DNA of 64,000 nucleotides from Nitrospinota bacterium. GTDB taxonomy: Bacteria; Nitrospinota; Nitrospinia; UBA9942. The position numbers and the translations under genes were made by a program. Below the pieces are notes generated by a model. It searched no databases. It was given only the letters and a program-made list of their open reading frames with translations, and was not told the DNA's origin. Below are positions 1-10,244 of this stretch, piece by piece. The stretch spans positions 9,419 through 73,418 of the forward strand of contig JACQBS010000105.1 of the NCBI GenBank assembly GCA_016194325.1, written 5' to 3'. How positions within the stretch are numbered: position 1 is the first letter of the stretch; every line of letters starts with the position of its first letter.

Positions 1-1208
1 TTATTGTCAATTCAAACAGAGATTCCGATGTCTTTGCAATACATCTCCTCGCTAAAAACCGCTCTCTAATGGAACCGGAAGGCAAAACAGGTGTTGTTGA
101 TTTTATCCATAGAATAATGGAAAGGGGTACGAGAGAAAAGGATTATAAAACATTTAAAAAAGAACTCTCTTCAATTGGTGCTATATTAAAAACGCGAGAT
201 TCTGAATTCATCCCCTATGATGATTTTTACACAACAAATGAATATTCTTATATACGGCTTGAGACAATAGACGAATACTTTGATAAGGGGATTGAGATAT
301 TATCAGACATTATCTCAAAACCACGCTTTGAGTCTGAAGATATTGAGTCTGTCAGATTAGAAATGCTCAATCTTATTAAAAAAGAGGATTCAAGACCTGA
401 TACCCTTTCAAAAAAGCTGCTTTTTGCCGAGGTCTTCAAAGGACTCCCGCAATCCAAACCAATTATCGGAAATGCCGAGACTATAAGCTCCATAACAAAG
501 GAGGATTTGGAGAATTTTCATAAGTTCTACTTCTCCCCTAATAACCTGATAATAACGGTCTCCACAGGTGTTGAAGCAGATAAGATAATAAAAGCCTTTA
601 ACAAAACTTTAGGAAATAAAATTAAGAGAAGGATAAATATTCCATCTATAGATTATTCCAAATCTCTATCTAATCCCTCCAAATCCATAAATATAGAATT
701 AAATAAATCTCAATCATACATAAGGCTTGCCAAACTTATAAAGATTGAGCCGAAGGATAAAATAGCCCTGAACCTCATCAGCTATATCCTTTCGGAGCGT
801 ATGGCATTTGAATTAAGAGAGAGACAGGGACTTGCATATTCCCTCGGTGCAGGTTTTTCATCTTATAATAGTCATGCCCTTTTCGGTGCATCTATAGGGA
901 CAACTATAGGGACAGTAGAAAAGGCAAAAGCAGGGATATTTAAAGAGATCGATGGTTTTAAAAAAACAGAAATAAAAGGAGAAGATTTAGAGAGGGCGGT
1001 TAATAAATATACATCATCAGAACTGATGAGGGGGCTCTCAAGGATAAACCAGTGTTATTATACAGGGCTTGCTGAATTTCACAAAAAAGGCATAGATTAC
1101 CAAAAGAGATTATTAGCTGATTTAAAGAAAGTAAAGTTAGATGAAATCAATAGGGCTAAGGAGAGGTATTTAAATATTGAAAATATGATTGAGGTGGTTG
1201 TTAAATAA
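1..1208 (+). CDS. M16-family (pitrilysin/insulinase-like) peptidase, C-terminal non-catalytic domain; 5' end outside the window. The frame is open from base 1.
   Basis: The ORF is open to the window start. Its size and layout fit M16B C-terminal halves; the call rests on pattern recall, not a database search. Confidence 0.45.
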   Translation, partial: IVNSNRDSDVFAIHLLAKNRSLMEPEGKTGVVDFIHRIMERGTREKDYKTFKKELSSIGAILKTRDSEFIPYDDFYTTNEYSYIRLETIDEYFDKGIEILSDIISKPRFESEDIESVRLEMLNLIKKEDSRPDTLSKKLLFAEVFKGLPQSKPIIGNAETISSITKEDLENFHKFYFSPNNLIITVSTGVEADKIIKAFNKTLGNKIKRRINIPSIDYSKSLSNPSKSINIELNKSQSYIRLAKLIKIEPKDKIALNLISYILSERMAFELRERQGLAYSLGAGFSSYNSHALFGASIGTTIGTVEKAKAGIFKEIDGFKKTEIKGEDLERAVNKYTSSELMRGLSRINQCYYTGLAEFHKKGIDYQKRLLADLKKVKLDEINRAKERYLNIENMIEVVVK

Positions 1209-1210
1209 TT

Positions 1211-1957
1211 ATGAAGCTATCTATTGTTATTCCGGCATGTAATGAAGAAGGACAGATTGAAGAAACCGTTAGAAACCTCCACTCTACGCTCACCATCTCA
1301 CAGATTAAGAATGAGATACTAATTATAAATGACAATAGTAAAGATGATACAGAAAATATACTCAAAAAGGTCTGCATAGAACTGCAGCATGTCCGTTACC
1401 TAAACAACAAAGGACCAAATGGCTTTGGTTTTGCAGTGAGATGCGGGCTTGAAAATTTTAATGGCGATGCTGTTGCAATCTTTATGGCTGACGGTTCAGA
1501 TTTGCCTGAGGATGTAGTCAGATTTTTCAAAAAACTTGAAGAGGGTTACGACTGTGTTTTCGGCTCAAGATTTATGAAAGGCGGCAAGATAATTGATTAT
1601 CCTATTATTAAATTGATTTTAAATCGTCTTGCAAATCTATTTATCAGCCTAATTTTTCAAATGCGTTATAACGATACTACAAATGCCTTTAAAATGTATA
1701 GAAGGCATGTTATACAGGGACTCAAGCCTTTTTTAAGCCATCACTTCAATCTTACAGTTGAACTTCCACTAAAGGCGATTGTGAGGGGATATTCGTTTGT
1801 TGTCCTTCCGAATAAATGGACTAATAGAAAAACAGGAGAGTCAAAACTTAAGATTAAAGAGATGGGAAGCAGGTATCTATTTATCGTCCTCTACTGTCTC
1901 CTTGAAAAATGGCTTTCCCGTGGAGATTACTTAGCAAGCAAAAAAATGAATCCTTGA
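1211..1957 (+). CDS. GT2 glycosyltransferase (Dpm1/polyprenyl-phosphate sugar transferase-like)
   Basis: N-terminal LSIVIPACNEE motif, an AD-GSD motif, about 250 aa, typical of GT-A/GT2. Confidence 0.7.
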   Translation: MKLSIVIPACNEEGQIEETVRNLHSTLTISQIKNEILIINDNSKDDTENILKKVCIELQHVRYLNNKGPNGFGFAVRCGLENFNGDAVAIFMADGSDLPEDVVRFFKKLEEGYDCVFGSRFMKGGKIIDYPIIKLILNRLANLFISLIFQMRYNDTTNAFKMYRRHVIQGLKPFLSHHFNLTVELPLKAIVRGYSFVVLPNKWTNRKTGESKLKIKEMGSRYLFIVLYCLLEKWLSRGDYLASKKMNP

Positions 1958-1964
1958 ACAATCC

Positions 1965-3284
1965 ATGAAAAAAAATAACTGGTTCTCTCAAATAGGTTTT
2001 CTTATTTTTATTATAATTGCCATTATTCACTTTTACTATATTGTTACAAATGTTGTTGATGTCCCCCATATGGATGAATGGAATTTTTTCTTTGCCAAAT
2101 ATCTCTCCACGGATTTTTCAATAAGATGGCTGTTCAGTCTTCATAACGAACATCGTATAGTTTTAACCAAGCTGTATACAATCCTTTTGTTTCATTTGAA
2201 CAGATGGGATATTTCTATTCAAATAATACTCAATTTTTTATTTTTTCTATGCCTTATAATTTCTCTTGTTTATGTACTAAGAAAGACAATTCAAATCCCC
2301 TTAAATATATTATGGATTATGTGTATTCCACTTTTAAGTCCTATAGTTTATGAAAATCACCTCTGGGGTTTTCAATCTCAATTTCACTTTTTTCTATTTG
2401 CACTAATTTGGTCTTCTTATCTATTTTTAAAATCATTAGAAGTTCGGCATGTAAATTATTTTTATCTTTCAGGTGCTGTTATCTCTGCTCTGGGCGTCTA
2501 TTCATTCAGCCTCGGTGTTATCTGTGCAATGGTAGTATTTGCAGTGTTCTTATATAAACAATATCTTACCAAAGTGCCGTTTAAAAAATTGTATATCAGG
2601 CTTACAATAGCTATGATTCCAATTGTGGCAATTCTACTCTGGCTTATAGGTTTTCACAAAAACCCGGGGCATCCTGATATTATTTTTCCATGGAATATTA
2701 GATTTTACACTTTCTATATAAATATAATGAGCCCCAGTTTTGGTATAACAGGTGTTTCTTTATTCAAAAGTCTTTTATCATCATTTTTTGTAATTGGAAT
2801 AACAATGCATGGCTTGAGAAAACTGAGAAATAGCTCGGAGCATAGACTATGGGTTCCACTAACAATAAATTTAAGTATATTGCTCTCACTTGCCTTTGTA
2901 ACAATAGGGCGGGCAGGTTTTGACATCGAGCAGGCAAAATCTTCAAGGTATGCAGGGATTTCCCTTTTTCTGTTTCCAACCAGTTTATCAATTCTATGGA
3001 TTTTATTAGAAGACAAATCTTTTTTAAAAATAAAATATCATTTTTTTCTCACAGCGCTCGTTATTTTATGTTTTGCAAATAATTTTAATTTTTCCATATA
3101 TAGAGAGATCAGGAGGATAAGGATTGATAATCTAAGATGTATTGCAGATTTTCTGGATGGAAGGATAGAGAGGGCTAACTGTCCAAATTCTTACATAGCA
3201 GATATAACAGAGCAGGTTAAGGTAGCCCGCGATATGGGAGTATCCTTTACAAAGAACTATAAAAGGATTATTGATTCAAACTAA
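1965..3284 (+). CDS. Polytopic integral membrane protein (possible GT-C-like glycosyltransferase or polymerase)
   Basis: More than 10 predicted hydrophobic helices; lies inside the glycosyltransferase cluster. Confidence 0.3.
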   Translation: MKKNNWFSQIGFLIFIIIAIIHFYYIVTNVVDVPHMDEWNFFFAKYLSTDFSIRWLFSLHNEHRIVLTKLYTILLFHLNRWDISIQIILNFLFFLCLIISLVYVLRKTIQIPLNILWIMCIPLLSPIVYENHLWGFQSQFHFFLFALIWSSYLFLKSLEVRHVNYFYLSGAVISALGVYSFSLGVICAMVVFAVFLYKQYLTKVPFKKLYIRLTIAMIPIVAILLWLIGFHKNPGHPDIIFPWNIRFYTFYINIMSPSFGITGVSLFKSLLSSFFVIGITMHGLRKLRNSSEHRLWVPLTINLSILLSLAFVTIGRAGFDIEQAKSSRYAGISLFLFPTSLSILWILLEDKSFLKIKYHFFLTALVILCFANNFNFSIYREIRRIRIDNLRCIADFLDGRIERANCPNSYIADITEQVKVARDMGVSFTKNYKRIIDSN

Positions 3285-4266
3285 TTATCTCATGTGAGCA
3301 TGAAACATACCAGCTTTCCATATATTTTCGATTGACTCTAATTTTTTTCATTATGAATGCCCTCTTTTTTAAAGTCGGCAGGATATAAGTACAAACTGCC
3401 TTTACACCTATAAGTGCATCCTTTTCTCTGAAAAAATACCGAAGGAATCTAATTGCTTCTATAAATAATATTCTAAGTATATGCTTTAAGAAAGATACAG
3501 TAAATTCATTTTTCAAATATAAAAGATAACGATTTTTAACAGCATGTATCCCTCCAGAATTTCCCTTCTCTGCTTTAAGATAGCTTCTATAGTGATATGC
3601 AACAGCAAAAGGCGTGTAATAACATTTCCATCCTAATAGCTGTGCCCTCCATGCAATGTCTACATCTTCATAATAGGCGAAAAAATCCTCATCAAAGTAT
3701 TCATTCCCTATTTTCACATCCTCAAGCATAGCCCTGCGATAAAAAGGTGCTGCACCGTTTACTCCAAAAATATATTCCTCTTTATCATATTGGCCATTAT
3801 CCCTCTGATTCTGTCCCCGGTCTAAAGGACGCCTTATGTCCTGACAAAGTATCAGTCCTGTTGAATCTATGAAATCATGGCTATCATCAGTTCTAAAACG
3901 CAACAGCTTTCCTGATACAGAACCGATTTTTTCATCTCTTTTAATAGCGGTTAAGCAGTTTTCAATAAATTTTAAATCCAAAATTACGTCAGGATTTAAA
4001 ATCAGAATATATTCCCCTTTTGATTTTAATATACCTGTATTTGCAGCCTTAGAATAGCCTTCATTATTACTATTAGCGATAATAGTTACATCTTCATGAT
4101 TTTCTTTAACAAAAGAGAGGGATTTATCTGTAGATACATTATCAATCAGAATTATTTCTATTTTATTATAAGATTGATTTTTAACCGATTCAATACACCC
4201 GCTTAAAAATCTCTCACCATTGCGATTGATTATAATGATGGAAACAGTTTCATCCTTAGTGGTCAT
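3268..4266 (-). CDS. GT2 glycosyltransferase (rhamnosyltransferase-like)
   Basis: N-terminal VSIIIINRNGERFL motif, DxD and GGAAPFYRRAM motifs typical of GT2. Confidence 0.7.
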   Translation of the reverse strand: MTTKDETVSIIIINRNGERFLSGCIESVKNQSYNKIEIILIDNVSTDKSLSFVKENHEDVTIIANSNNEGYSKAANTGILKSKGEYILILNPDVILDLKFIENCLTAIKRDEKIGSVSGKLLRFRTDDSHDFIDSTGLILCQDIRRPLDRGQNQRDNGQYDKEEYIFGVNGAAPFYRRAMLEDVKIGNEYFDEDFFAYYEDVDIAWRAQLLGWKCYYTPFAVAYHYRSYLKAEKGNSGGIHAVKNRYLLYLKNEFTVSFLKHILRILFIEAIRFLRYFFREKDALIGVKAVCTYILPTLKKRAFIMKKIRVNRKYMESWYVSCSHEIISLNQ

Positions 4267-4416
4267 TTTTAAGAGTGAAGCTAAATCTTCAGACTGAAAT
4301 CAAACCTATCCCGTGAAAGATTAGTATTATAGTAAGGATCATTTTCAATTATGCGTCCCCACCTTTTAAGGAACAGGGCTGGGTAAAAGCTACACCAGCC
4401 CTGCATTACATGGCTC

Positions 4417-5415
4417 TTAAGGCTTAAATCTTCCCCAATGTAGATCCCATATGCTTGGGTCACTCCACCCACAGCCAAATTGCACATACCTCCAGTCTGT
4501 ACCACTCTCAACATAGAGGTTTCCATTCGGAACACGAAGTAGCCCTGGGTTATGATTGTGTGTAGCGCCAGTATTAGTGCCATTGAAGAAACCTATCTCA
4601 GTCCACGAACCAAAGAGATTATCATCATTTGACCTGAGTAAGATTACATTTAGAAGGTCACCAGAACTCATCGCGGCATACCATCTATGCTCTATACCAC
4701 TGTAAGAGATATCTGGGCTCTGCAGTCCTCTACTCCCCTGTTTAAGTTGTGTTGTGCTCCAACCACCAAAATGAATAGCATCAGCAGATTCTCTAAAAAG
4801 AATCTCATTATTCATAGTTGAATCCAAATAAACAATCCATACATTTCTTCCATCAGGAGTCCACGCACTCGGTTGTCCTGCACCATATCCAGTTGAGGGT
4901 GGGTTGGCTACCCCTATAATAGGATTACCAGAATACTTTACCCAATTCTTTCCATCATTGGAGAGTGCAACTCCTATCATTGTATCATCTCCATTTGGTC
5001 CACCACCTAATCGTGCCCCTGTATAGTACATAGCATAGGAGTAGTTTGTACCATTATAAGTAAAACTCCCCTTGATTACACTTGGGTCACAGACATGGAG
5101 TGTTGCCCATGGCTCACCAGGAGTTAAAACAACCTCTGGGGTTGTCCATCCGGTAGGATACCATTCTGAATAATAAATATGGTCCCCTGCTGAACCCGGT
5201 TTTTGACCGCACCACCATGACTTTATATAAGGACCATCTCCATACATGAACGATGAGCCGTAGTCATAGCCTGCCTTTGAAATGGATGGACCAAGATATT
5301 CTGTTGTCCATGCATAAGCCATACTCACCCTACACATTAGGATAACTGCTACTAATAGATAGACACATGCTTTAGTTAATTTACTCATTATTTTTTCACC
5401 TCCTCTCTGTATCAA
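4417..5415 (-). CDS. Secreted protein, possibly a glycoside-hydrolase-like beta-propeller
   Basis: N-terminal signal peptide; Trp/Gly-rich repeats; context in a glycan cluster. Confidence 0.3.
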   Translation of the reverse strand: MIQRGGEKIMSKLTKACVYLLVAVILMCRVSMAYAWTTEYLGPSISKAGYDYGSSFMYGDGPYIKSWWCGQKPGSAGDHIYYSEWYPTGWTTPEVVLTPGEPWATLHVCDPSVIKGSFTYNGTNYSYAMYYTGARLGGGPNGDDTMIGVALSNDGKNWVKYSGNPIIGVANPPSTGYGAGQPSAWTPDGRNVWIVYLDSTMNNEILFRESADAIHFGGWSTTQLKQGSRGLQSPDISYSGIEHRWYAAMSSGDLLNVILLRSNDDNLFGSWTEIGFFNGTNTGATHNHNPGLLRVPNGNLYVESGTDWRYVQFGCGWSDPSIWDLHWGRFKP

Positions 5416-5436
5416 ATTAAGCTGCTGAAGGCAGTT

Positions 5437-8277
5437 TTACACATCTATTCTTATACTAAAGTCCTCTCTATATAATGTTAAGTTAACATTGTAATATGGG
5501 TCAGTATAAAGTATATGTTTCCATCTTTTTATCATATAGTCAGCCTCTGGATCGGGATCTATCCTATAGCCACGACTTGCAGATTCATAGTGATACAATA
5601 CGGCATATGGGGTATAGATAATCAGATAGCCTCTTTCTCTCAGCCTTAAGCATAAATCAATATCATTAAATGCTATCGGCAGATTTAATTCGTCAAAACC
5701 GCCAATCTCTTCAAAAACCTTTTTTCTTACCATCAAACAAGCCCCTGTTACTGCAGAATAATTTCTGATTGCATCGGCATGTCCAAAATAACTCTGATTT
5801 ATATTACTCTGCAAACCTTTAAACGCATGACCAGCAACACTCCCAATCCCAAGAATAACCCCTGCATGTTGAATGGAATCATTAGGAAAAAGGAGCTTAG
5901 ACCCAACAGCACCAACATCTTCTCTTTGAACATGCTCCACCATAGCAGAAAGCCACTCAGAAGATTTTACCTCCATGTCATTATTAAGAAAAAGTACAAT
6001 CTCCGAGTCAACTTTACTAACCGCATAATTATTAATAGCCGAAAAATTAAATTGCCTTGTATAATTCAATACTTTTATATTTTTGTTTTCAATCGCCAAC
6101 TTGTTTAGATATTCCATTGTATTTTTTTGAATGCTATTATTTTCTACAATTGCAATTTCGTAATTTTGATAGTCCGTTTTATTCAGAATGCTCTCAACAC
6201 AGTCCTTAAGCAACTCAACTTGGTCCTTTGTGGGTATTATGATACTAACTCGAGGGTTAGTTAATATTTCTCTTTTGACTCGAAATAGACTATTGTAAGT
6301 TCCTTTTTCTACGCTCCCCTTGATTGAGCGGCGTCTCAACGCATCTGTCAAGGCTTTTAAAGAAGCATTATCTGATGCCTTTGCTGTATATTCTGCAGCA
6401 GTAGAGCCTTTAATTACTCTCCAATGATAAAGTATCTTAGGGATGTGAAAAATATTATTTGTCTTTTCTGTTAATCTAAGAACCAGGTCGTAGTCCTGAC
6501 TACCATCAAACTCCTCTCTAAATCTACCTATTTCATCAATAATTTTTTTCCTATATACTCCGAAATGACATGAATACATCTGAGATAAAAAAAGGTCTGG
6601 GGACCAGTCGGGCTTAAAGAAGGGATTGTACCTTTTCCCTTCTGGAGTAATCTTGTCTTCATCACTGTAAATCATATCGGCATCTGGGTGTCCTTGTAAT
6701 AGATTTACAACCTCGTACAAGGCATTTGGAGCCAGTTCATCATCATTGTCAAGTAGTCCGATAAATTCACCATTGGCAAGAGAAATAGCTTCATTGGATG
6801 TTAATGATATCCCTTGATTCTGTAATAGATATTTTATCTTTATACGTGAGTCTTTATTTTTATAGCTCTCTAAAACCTCTTTCACATGACTTTTTGTCGA
6901 GCAATCATCTGCTATGCACAATTCCCAATTTAGATACATTTGATTCAATACAGAATCAATGGCTTTCTCAAGCCATATCTTTTCCACATTATAGACAGGC
7001 ATAATAATACTGATGGTGGGTTTGTATTTAAAACGTACAACCTTTTTTTGAACTTTCTTAATATCTTTAAGTGTCATAGAGTGCTTTTTAATCCATTGCT
7101 CATATTCATAAGCAACAAATTCTTTTGCGGTTTTATATCCGTGCTTGTATTTCAATTTAGCTTTTTTCAAAACAGCTCCAGGCCCTTCAGCAAGTAAAAG
7201 CTTTAACCCTTTGTTGCTCTTTCTCAAGATATTTAACACTCTCCATATTTTTGAATTTTGGATCTCGTCTAATATCTTGGTAAGGTTCTCAATATGAACC
7301 TCCTTTTCTTTTGCAGATTTTGTTAAATCTTGAATTTGAATCTGACTTCTCCTCTGAAATTCTTTCTCTCTTTCTTTTAATTCACTCAATTTTCTCTTTG
7401 TTTCCAGATTATCCAGATTAAAAAGTAGCTGCAGTTGAGAGAAATCAGCATTTTCCAGTGACAGATATTTATTTTTTTGGCTTCGTTCATGAAATATTGA
7501 ACCTATTCGATCTAAAGTATCATCTGACACATTTTTATCTATAACATAAACATAACGATAGGCTGGCTCTCTCTGGTCGCTTTCATAAAAGTTAAGATTA
7601 AAAAATCTATCAATCATGGCATGGAGGTTCAGGGACTCAGGAAGAGAGGCAATGTAAACCTTAATCAAATTCATAAGAAGCCAATTGTTTATGTAGCCAC
7701 TTGGTATTTTGCAATACTTCATTTGTTTAGTGGTAAGCCACGCTTCAATATCTTCAGACATGGGAAGACCATTATCCAGATGCTCCTTAAGCTGACGGTG
7801 AGCCCCTTTCATGATTTTGTATATATATTCAAAAAGTATTTTTTCAGCCAATACCGTATTCTCTGAATAAAGAGGCCCGCCCAGTACTACAAATCGACTA
7901 CTGATATTCAAAAGATTCTCAAGAAATATCTCTCTCATTTCTGATGGGATATGTTCCAGAACATCCTGGCAACTAATTATCTGAAAGGATCCTCCTTTGA
8001 AGGGGAGACTATCCCCGCTGCCTCTGATGTATTCAGACAGGAGGCATTTTGGAACATCTAACACCCATATTTTATCATCAGATAAAAAACTTTTAACAGG
8101 GAGCCATGGTTTTCCTTCCATAGTCATTGAGTGTCCTCCCACATCAAGAATTTTTAAAGTGTTATTGCCTATCTGGCTCTTTATAATTTCAATTATTTCT
8201 TTTAAAACACGATACCTTTGATATTGGTCAAATGGTATATTTAGCAATTCATCGCTATACATCAGACCCTCCTCCAT
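5437..8277 (-). CDS. Multidomain glycan-assembly protein: N-terminal class I SAM methyltransferase, coiled-coil segment, two tandem GT2 domains
   Basis: ILDVGGHS SAM-binding motif; a KELKEREKEFQRR coiled coil; two IIMPVYN/IIIPTKD GT2 N-terminal motifs each followed by DxD. Confidence 0.6.
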   Translation of the reverse strand: MEEGLMYSDELLNIPFDQYQRYRVLKEIIEIIKSQIGNNTLKILDVGGHSMTMEGKPWLPVKSFLSDDKIWVLDVPKCLLSEYIRGSGDSLPFKGGSFQIISCQDVLEHIPSEMREIFLENLLNISSRFVVLGGPLYSENTVLAEKILFEYIYKIMKGAHRQLKEHLDNGLPMSEDIEAWLTTKQMKYCKIPSGYINNWLLMNLIKVYIASLPESLNLHAMIDRFFNLNFYESDQREPAYRYVYVIDKNVSDDTLDRIGSIFHERSQKNKYLSLENADFSQLQLLFNLDNLETKRKLSELKEREKEFQRRSQIQIQDLTKSAKEKEVHIENLTKILDEIQNSKIWRVLNILRKSNKGLKLLLAEGPGAVLKKAKLKYKHGYKTAKEFVAYEYEQWIKKHSMTLKDIKKVQKKVVRFKYKPTISIIMPVYNVEKIWLEKAIDSVLNQMYLNWELCIADDCSTKSHVKEVLESYKNKDSRIKIKYLLQNQGISLTSNEAISLANGEFIGLLDNDDELAPNALYEVVNLLQGHPDADMIYSDEDKITPEGKRYNPFFKPDWSPDLFLSQMYSCHFGVYRKKIIDEIGRFREEFDGSQDYDLVLRLTEKTNNIFHIPKILYHWRVIKGSTAAEYTAKASDNASLKALTDALRRRSIKGSVEKGTYNSLFRVKREILTNPRVSIIIPTKDQVELLKDCVESILNKTDYQNYEIAIVENNSIQKNTMEYLNKLAIENKNIKVLNYTRQFNFSAINNYAVSKVDSEIVLFLNNDMEVKSSEWLSAMVEHVQREDVGAVGSKLLFPNDSIQHAGVILGIGSVAGHAFKGLQSNINQSYFGHADAIRNYSAVTGACLMVRKKVFEEIGGFDELNLPIAFNDIDLCLRLRERGYLIIYTPYAVLYHYESASRGYRIDPDPEADYMIKRWKHILYTDPYYNVNLTLYREDFSIRIDV

Positions 8278-9464
8278 TCTGACGGCATATAAAAAAGACC
8301 ATATTTTTCATTAATGCTGCCATTTGATACATAAAAGTGACGGCATCTATCCCAGTAATCGTATGGCTGAGTGCAGGTGTAATCAAAAATAGCAGCAGCA
8401 AAATAATAACTACCCTCCATGAGGGAAAGTGATTTAATTATATATTCCAGTGCACCTTCTCCTTCAATAAAATCAATTTCAAATCCGCTCAACTTAGTAT
8501 TAGGTCCATTAATGTGAACTCCATTCTCAGAGTGTATAGCCACACCGAAGACAGGTTTATCTATTCTCTTTGATGCATGATATTCAATTCTTACTTTTAG
8601 GGTATCACCTGTATTAAAGTAATCTGTCACAACTCCAGAAGAGTTATAAAATCTGACCTCTTTTATTCTAACCTCGCCACCACCCAGTCTATTTGGAATA
8701 TTTGAAATTTCTATCTCCCCTCTTGAAATCAGATTGCGATAGAAACTTATCACCTCTTTAGGATGCCCTTCAGAAATCAACTTTCCTTCTTTTATCAGAT
8801 AGGCTTTATTGCACATCCTTTCTATGGAATTCAAATCGTGGGATACAATAATAATTGTTTTCCCCTTTTGTTTAAACTCGTTTAGTTTTTTAAAACACTT
8901 CTTTTGAAATGATTCATCTCCAACTGCGAGTATTTCATCAATAATCAGTATATCAGGGTCAACGGCTGTTGAAAGGGCAAATCCAAGACGCATATACATT
9001 CCAGAAGAATAATTTTTAACCGGAATATCAATAAATTTTTCCAGTTCTGCAAATTCAACAATCTCATCAAATTTTTTATGAATATCAGTTTTTGATAGTC
9101 CCAGTATTGCCCCGTTTAAATATATGTTCTCCTCACCTGTCAATTCCGCACTAAAACCAGCACCAAGTTCTATCATGGCGGACAATTTTCCATTATACTG
9201 GATTTTGCCTTCTGAGGGTTCCAAAATCTTTGCAATTACCTTTAGTAGTGTGCTCTTTCCTGATCCATTTTGACCTATAATTCCTACAGTCTCCCCTTTT
9301 TTAATTGATATATTTATTCCCTTTAGAGCCCAGAGATATTCATATTTGTCTCTCTTTCCTTTAAGAAAATTAATAGCAGTTTCTTTTAAGGTAAGTGACC
9401 TCTCATGAAAGAGTTTATATTTTACAGATACATTATTAATAGAAATGGCTAAATTATCTGTCAT
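8262..9464 (-). CDS. wzt: ABC transporter ATP-binding protein Wzt-type with C-terminal carbohydrate-binding extension
   Basis: Walker A GQNGSGKST, LSGG-like signature, Walker B DEILAVGD; an extra C-terminal domain of about 150 aa; adjacent to the ABC-2 permease. Confidence 0.75.
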   Translation of the reverse strand: MTDNLAISINNVSVKYKLFHERSLTLKETAINFLKGKRDKYEYLWALKGINISIKKGETVGIIGQNGSGKSTLLKVIAKILEPSEGKIQYNGKLSAMIELGAGFSAELTGEENIYLNGAILGLSKTDIHKKFDEIVEFAELEKFIDIPVKNYSSGMYMRLGFALSTAVDPDILIIDEILAVGDESFQKKCFKKLNEFKQKGKTIIIVSHDLNSIERMCNKAYLIKEGKLISEGHPKEVISFYRNLISRGEIEISNIPNRLGGGEVRIKEVRFYNSSGVVTDYFNTGDTLKVRIEYHASKRIDKPVFGVAIHSENGVHINGPNTKLSGFEIDFIEGEGALEYIIKSLSLMEGSYYFAAAIFDYTCTQPYDYWDRCRHFYVSNGSINEKYGLFYMPSEWRRV

Positions 9465-9466
9465 TT

Positions 9467-10243
9467 TTAAATATAATAAATAACCTGTTTTTCATTCCTG
9501 TAAAAATACCAATACCCTATAAAAAACGATACAAAAGCTACAACTATAGAATTTATCATAAAAGAAAAACTTGGAACCCTCCCGTAAAATATGACTTCTC
9601 TAAAGCTACCTATAATATATACAAGTGGGTTGAGTTTAAATAGCATTTCATATTTTGCAGGAATCATATCCATAGGATATATAATCGGAGTCAGGTAAAA
9701 CCACGCCGTGACAATAATTTCTATCATATGTGTAAAATCCCTGAAGAAGACATTAAGGCATGATATAAACAGGGATATACCTGCTGTAAATAGTATAAGA
9801 TTCAAAAGTAGAATCGGGATTAACATAACAGATGATTGAATCTCAATACGCATAAATACCATTAATATAAAAAGTGGAATTAAAGAAAGAATCATATTAA
9901 CCATATTTGAGAAAATAATAGATAATGGGAAAACTGCCTTTGGAATATATACCTTATTTATAAGATTGGCATTAGATATAAGACTCATAGTTGACATGCT
10001 GAGGGAGTGAGAAAAATAATTCCATGGCAATAAACCGCATAATAAAAATATAGCAAAGTTCTTCATATCAAATCTCATCATATGGGAAAAAACAATAGTT
10101 AATATAATCATCATCATGAGGGGATTCAGCATTGTCCATAAAAAACCCAGAACTGATCTTTTATAGCGGAGCTTTAGCTCCTTAATTACAAGGTTTTTTA
10201 ATAACTCTCTAAATTGATACAGTTCCCTGAGATTTCTTATCAT
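9467..10243 (-). CDS. wzm: ABC-2 type polysaccharide exporter permease Wzm
   Basis: About 260 aa, 6 hydrophobic helices, immediately upstream of wzt. Confidence 0.7.
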   Translation of the reverse strand: MIRNLRELYQFRELLKNLVIKELKLRYKRSVLGFLWTMLNPLMMMIILTIVFSHMMRFDMKNFAIFLLCGLLPWNYFSHSLSMSTMSLISNANLINKVYIPKAVFPLSIIFSNMVNMILSLIPLFILMVFMRIEIQSSVMLIPILLLNLILFTAGISLFISCLNVFFRDFTHMIEIIVTAWFYLTPIIYPMDMIPAKYEMLFKLNPLVYIIGSFREVIFYGRVPSFSFMINSIVVAFVSFFIGYWYFYRNEKQVIYYI

Positions 10244-10244
10244 C

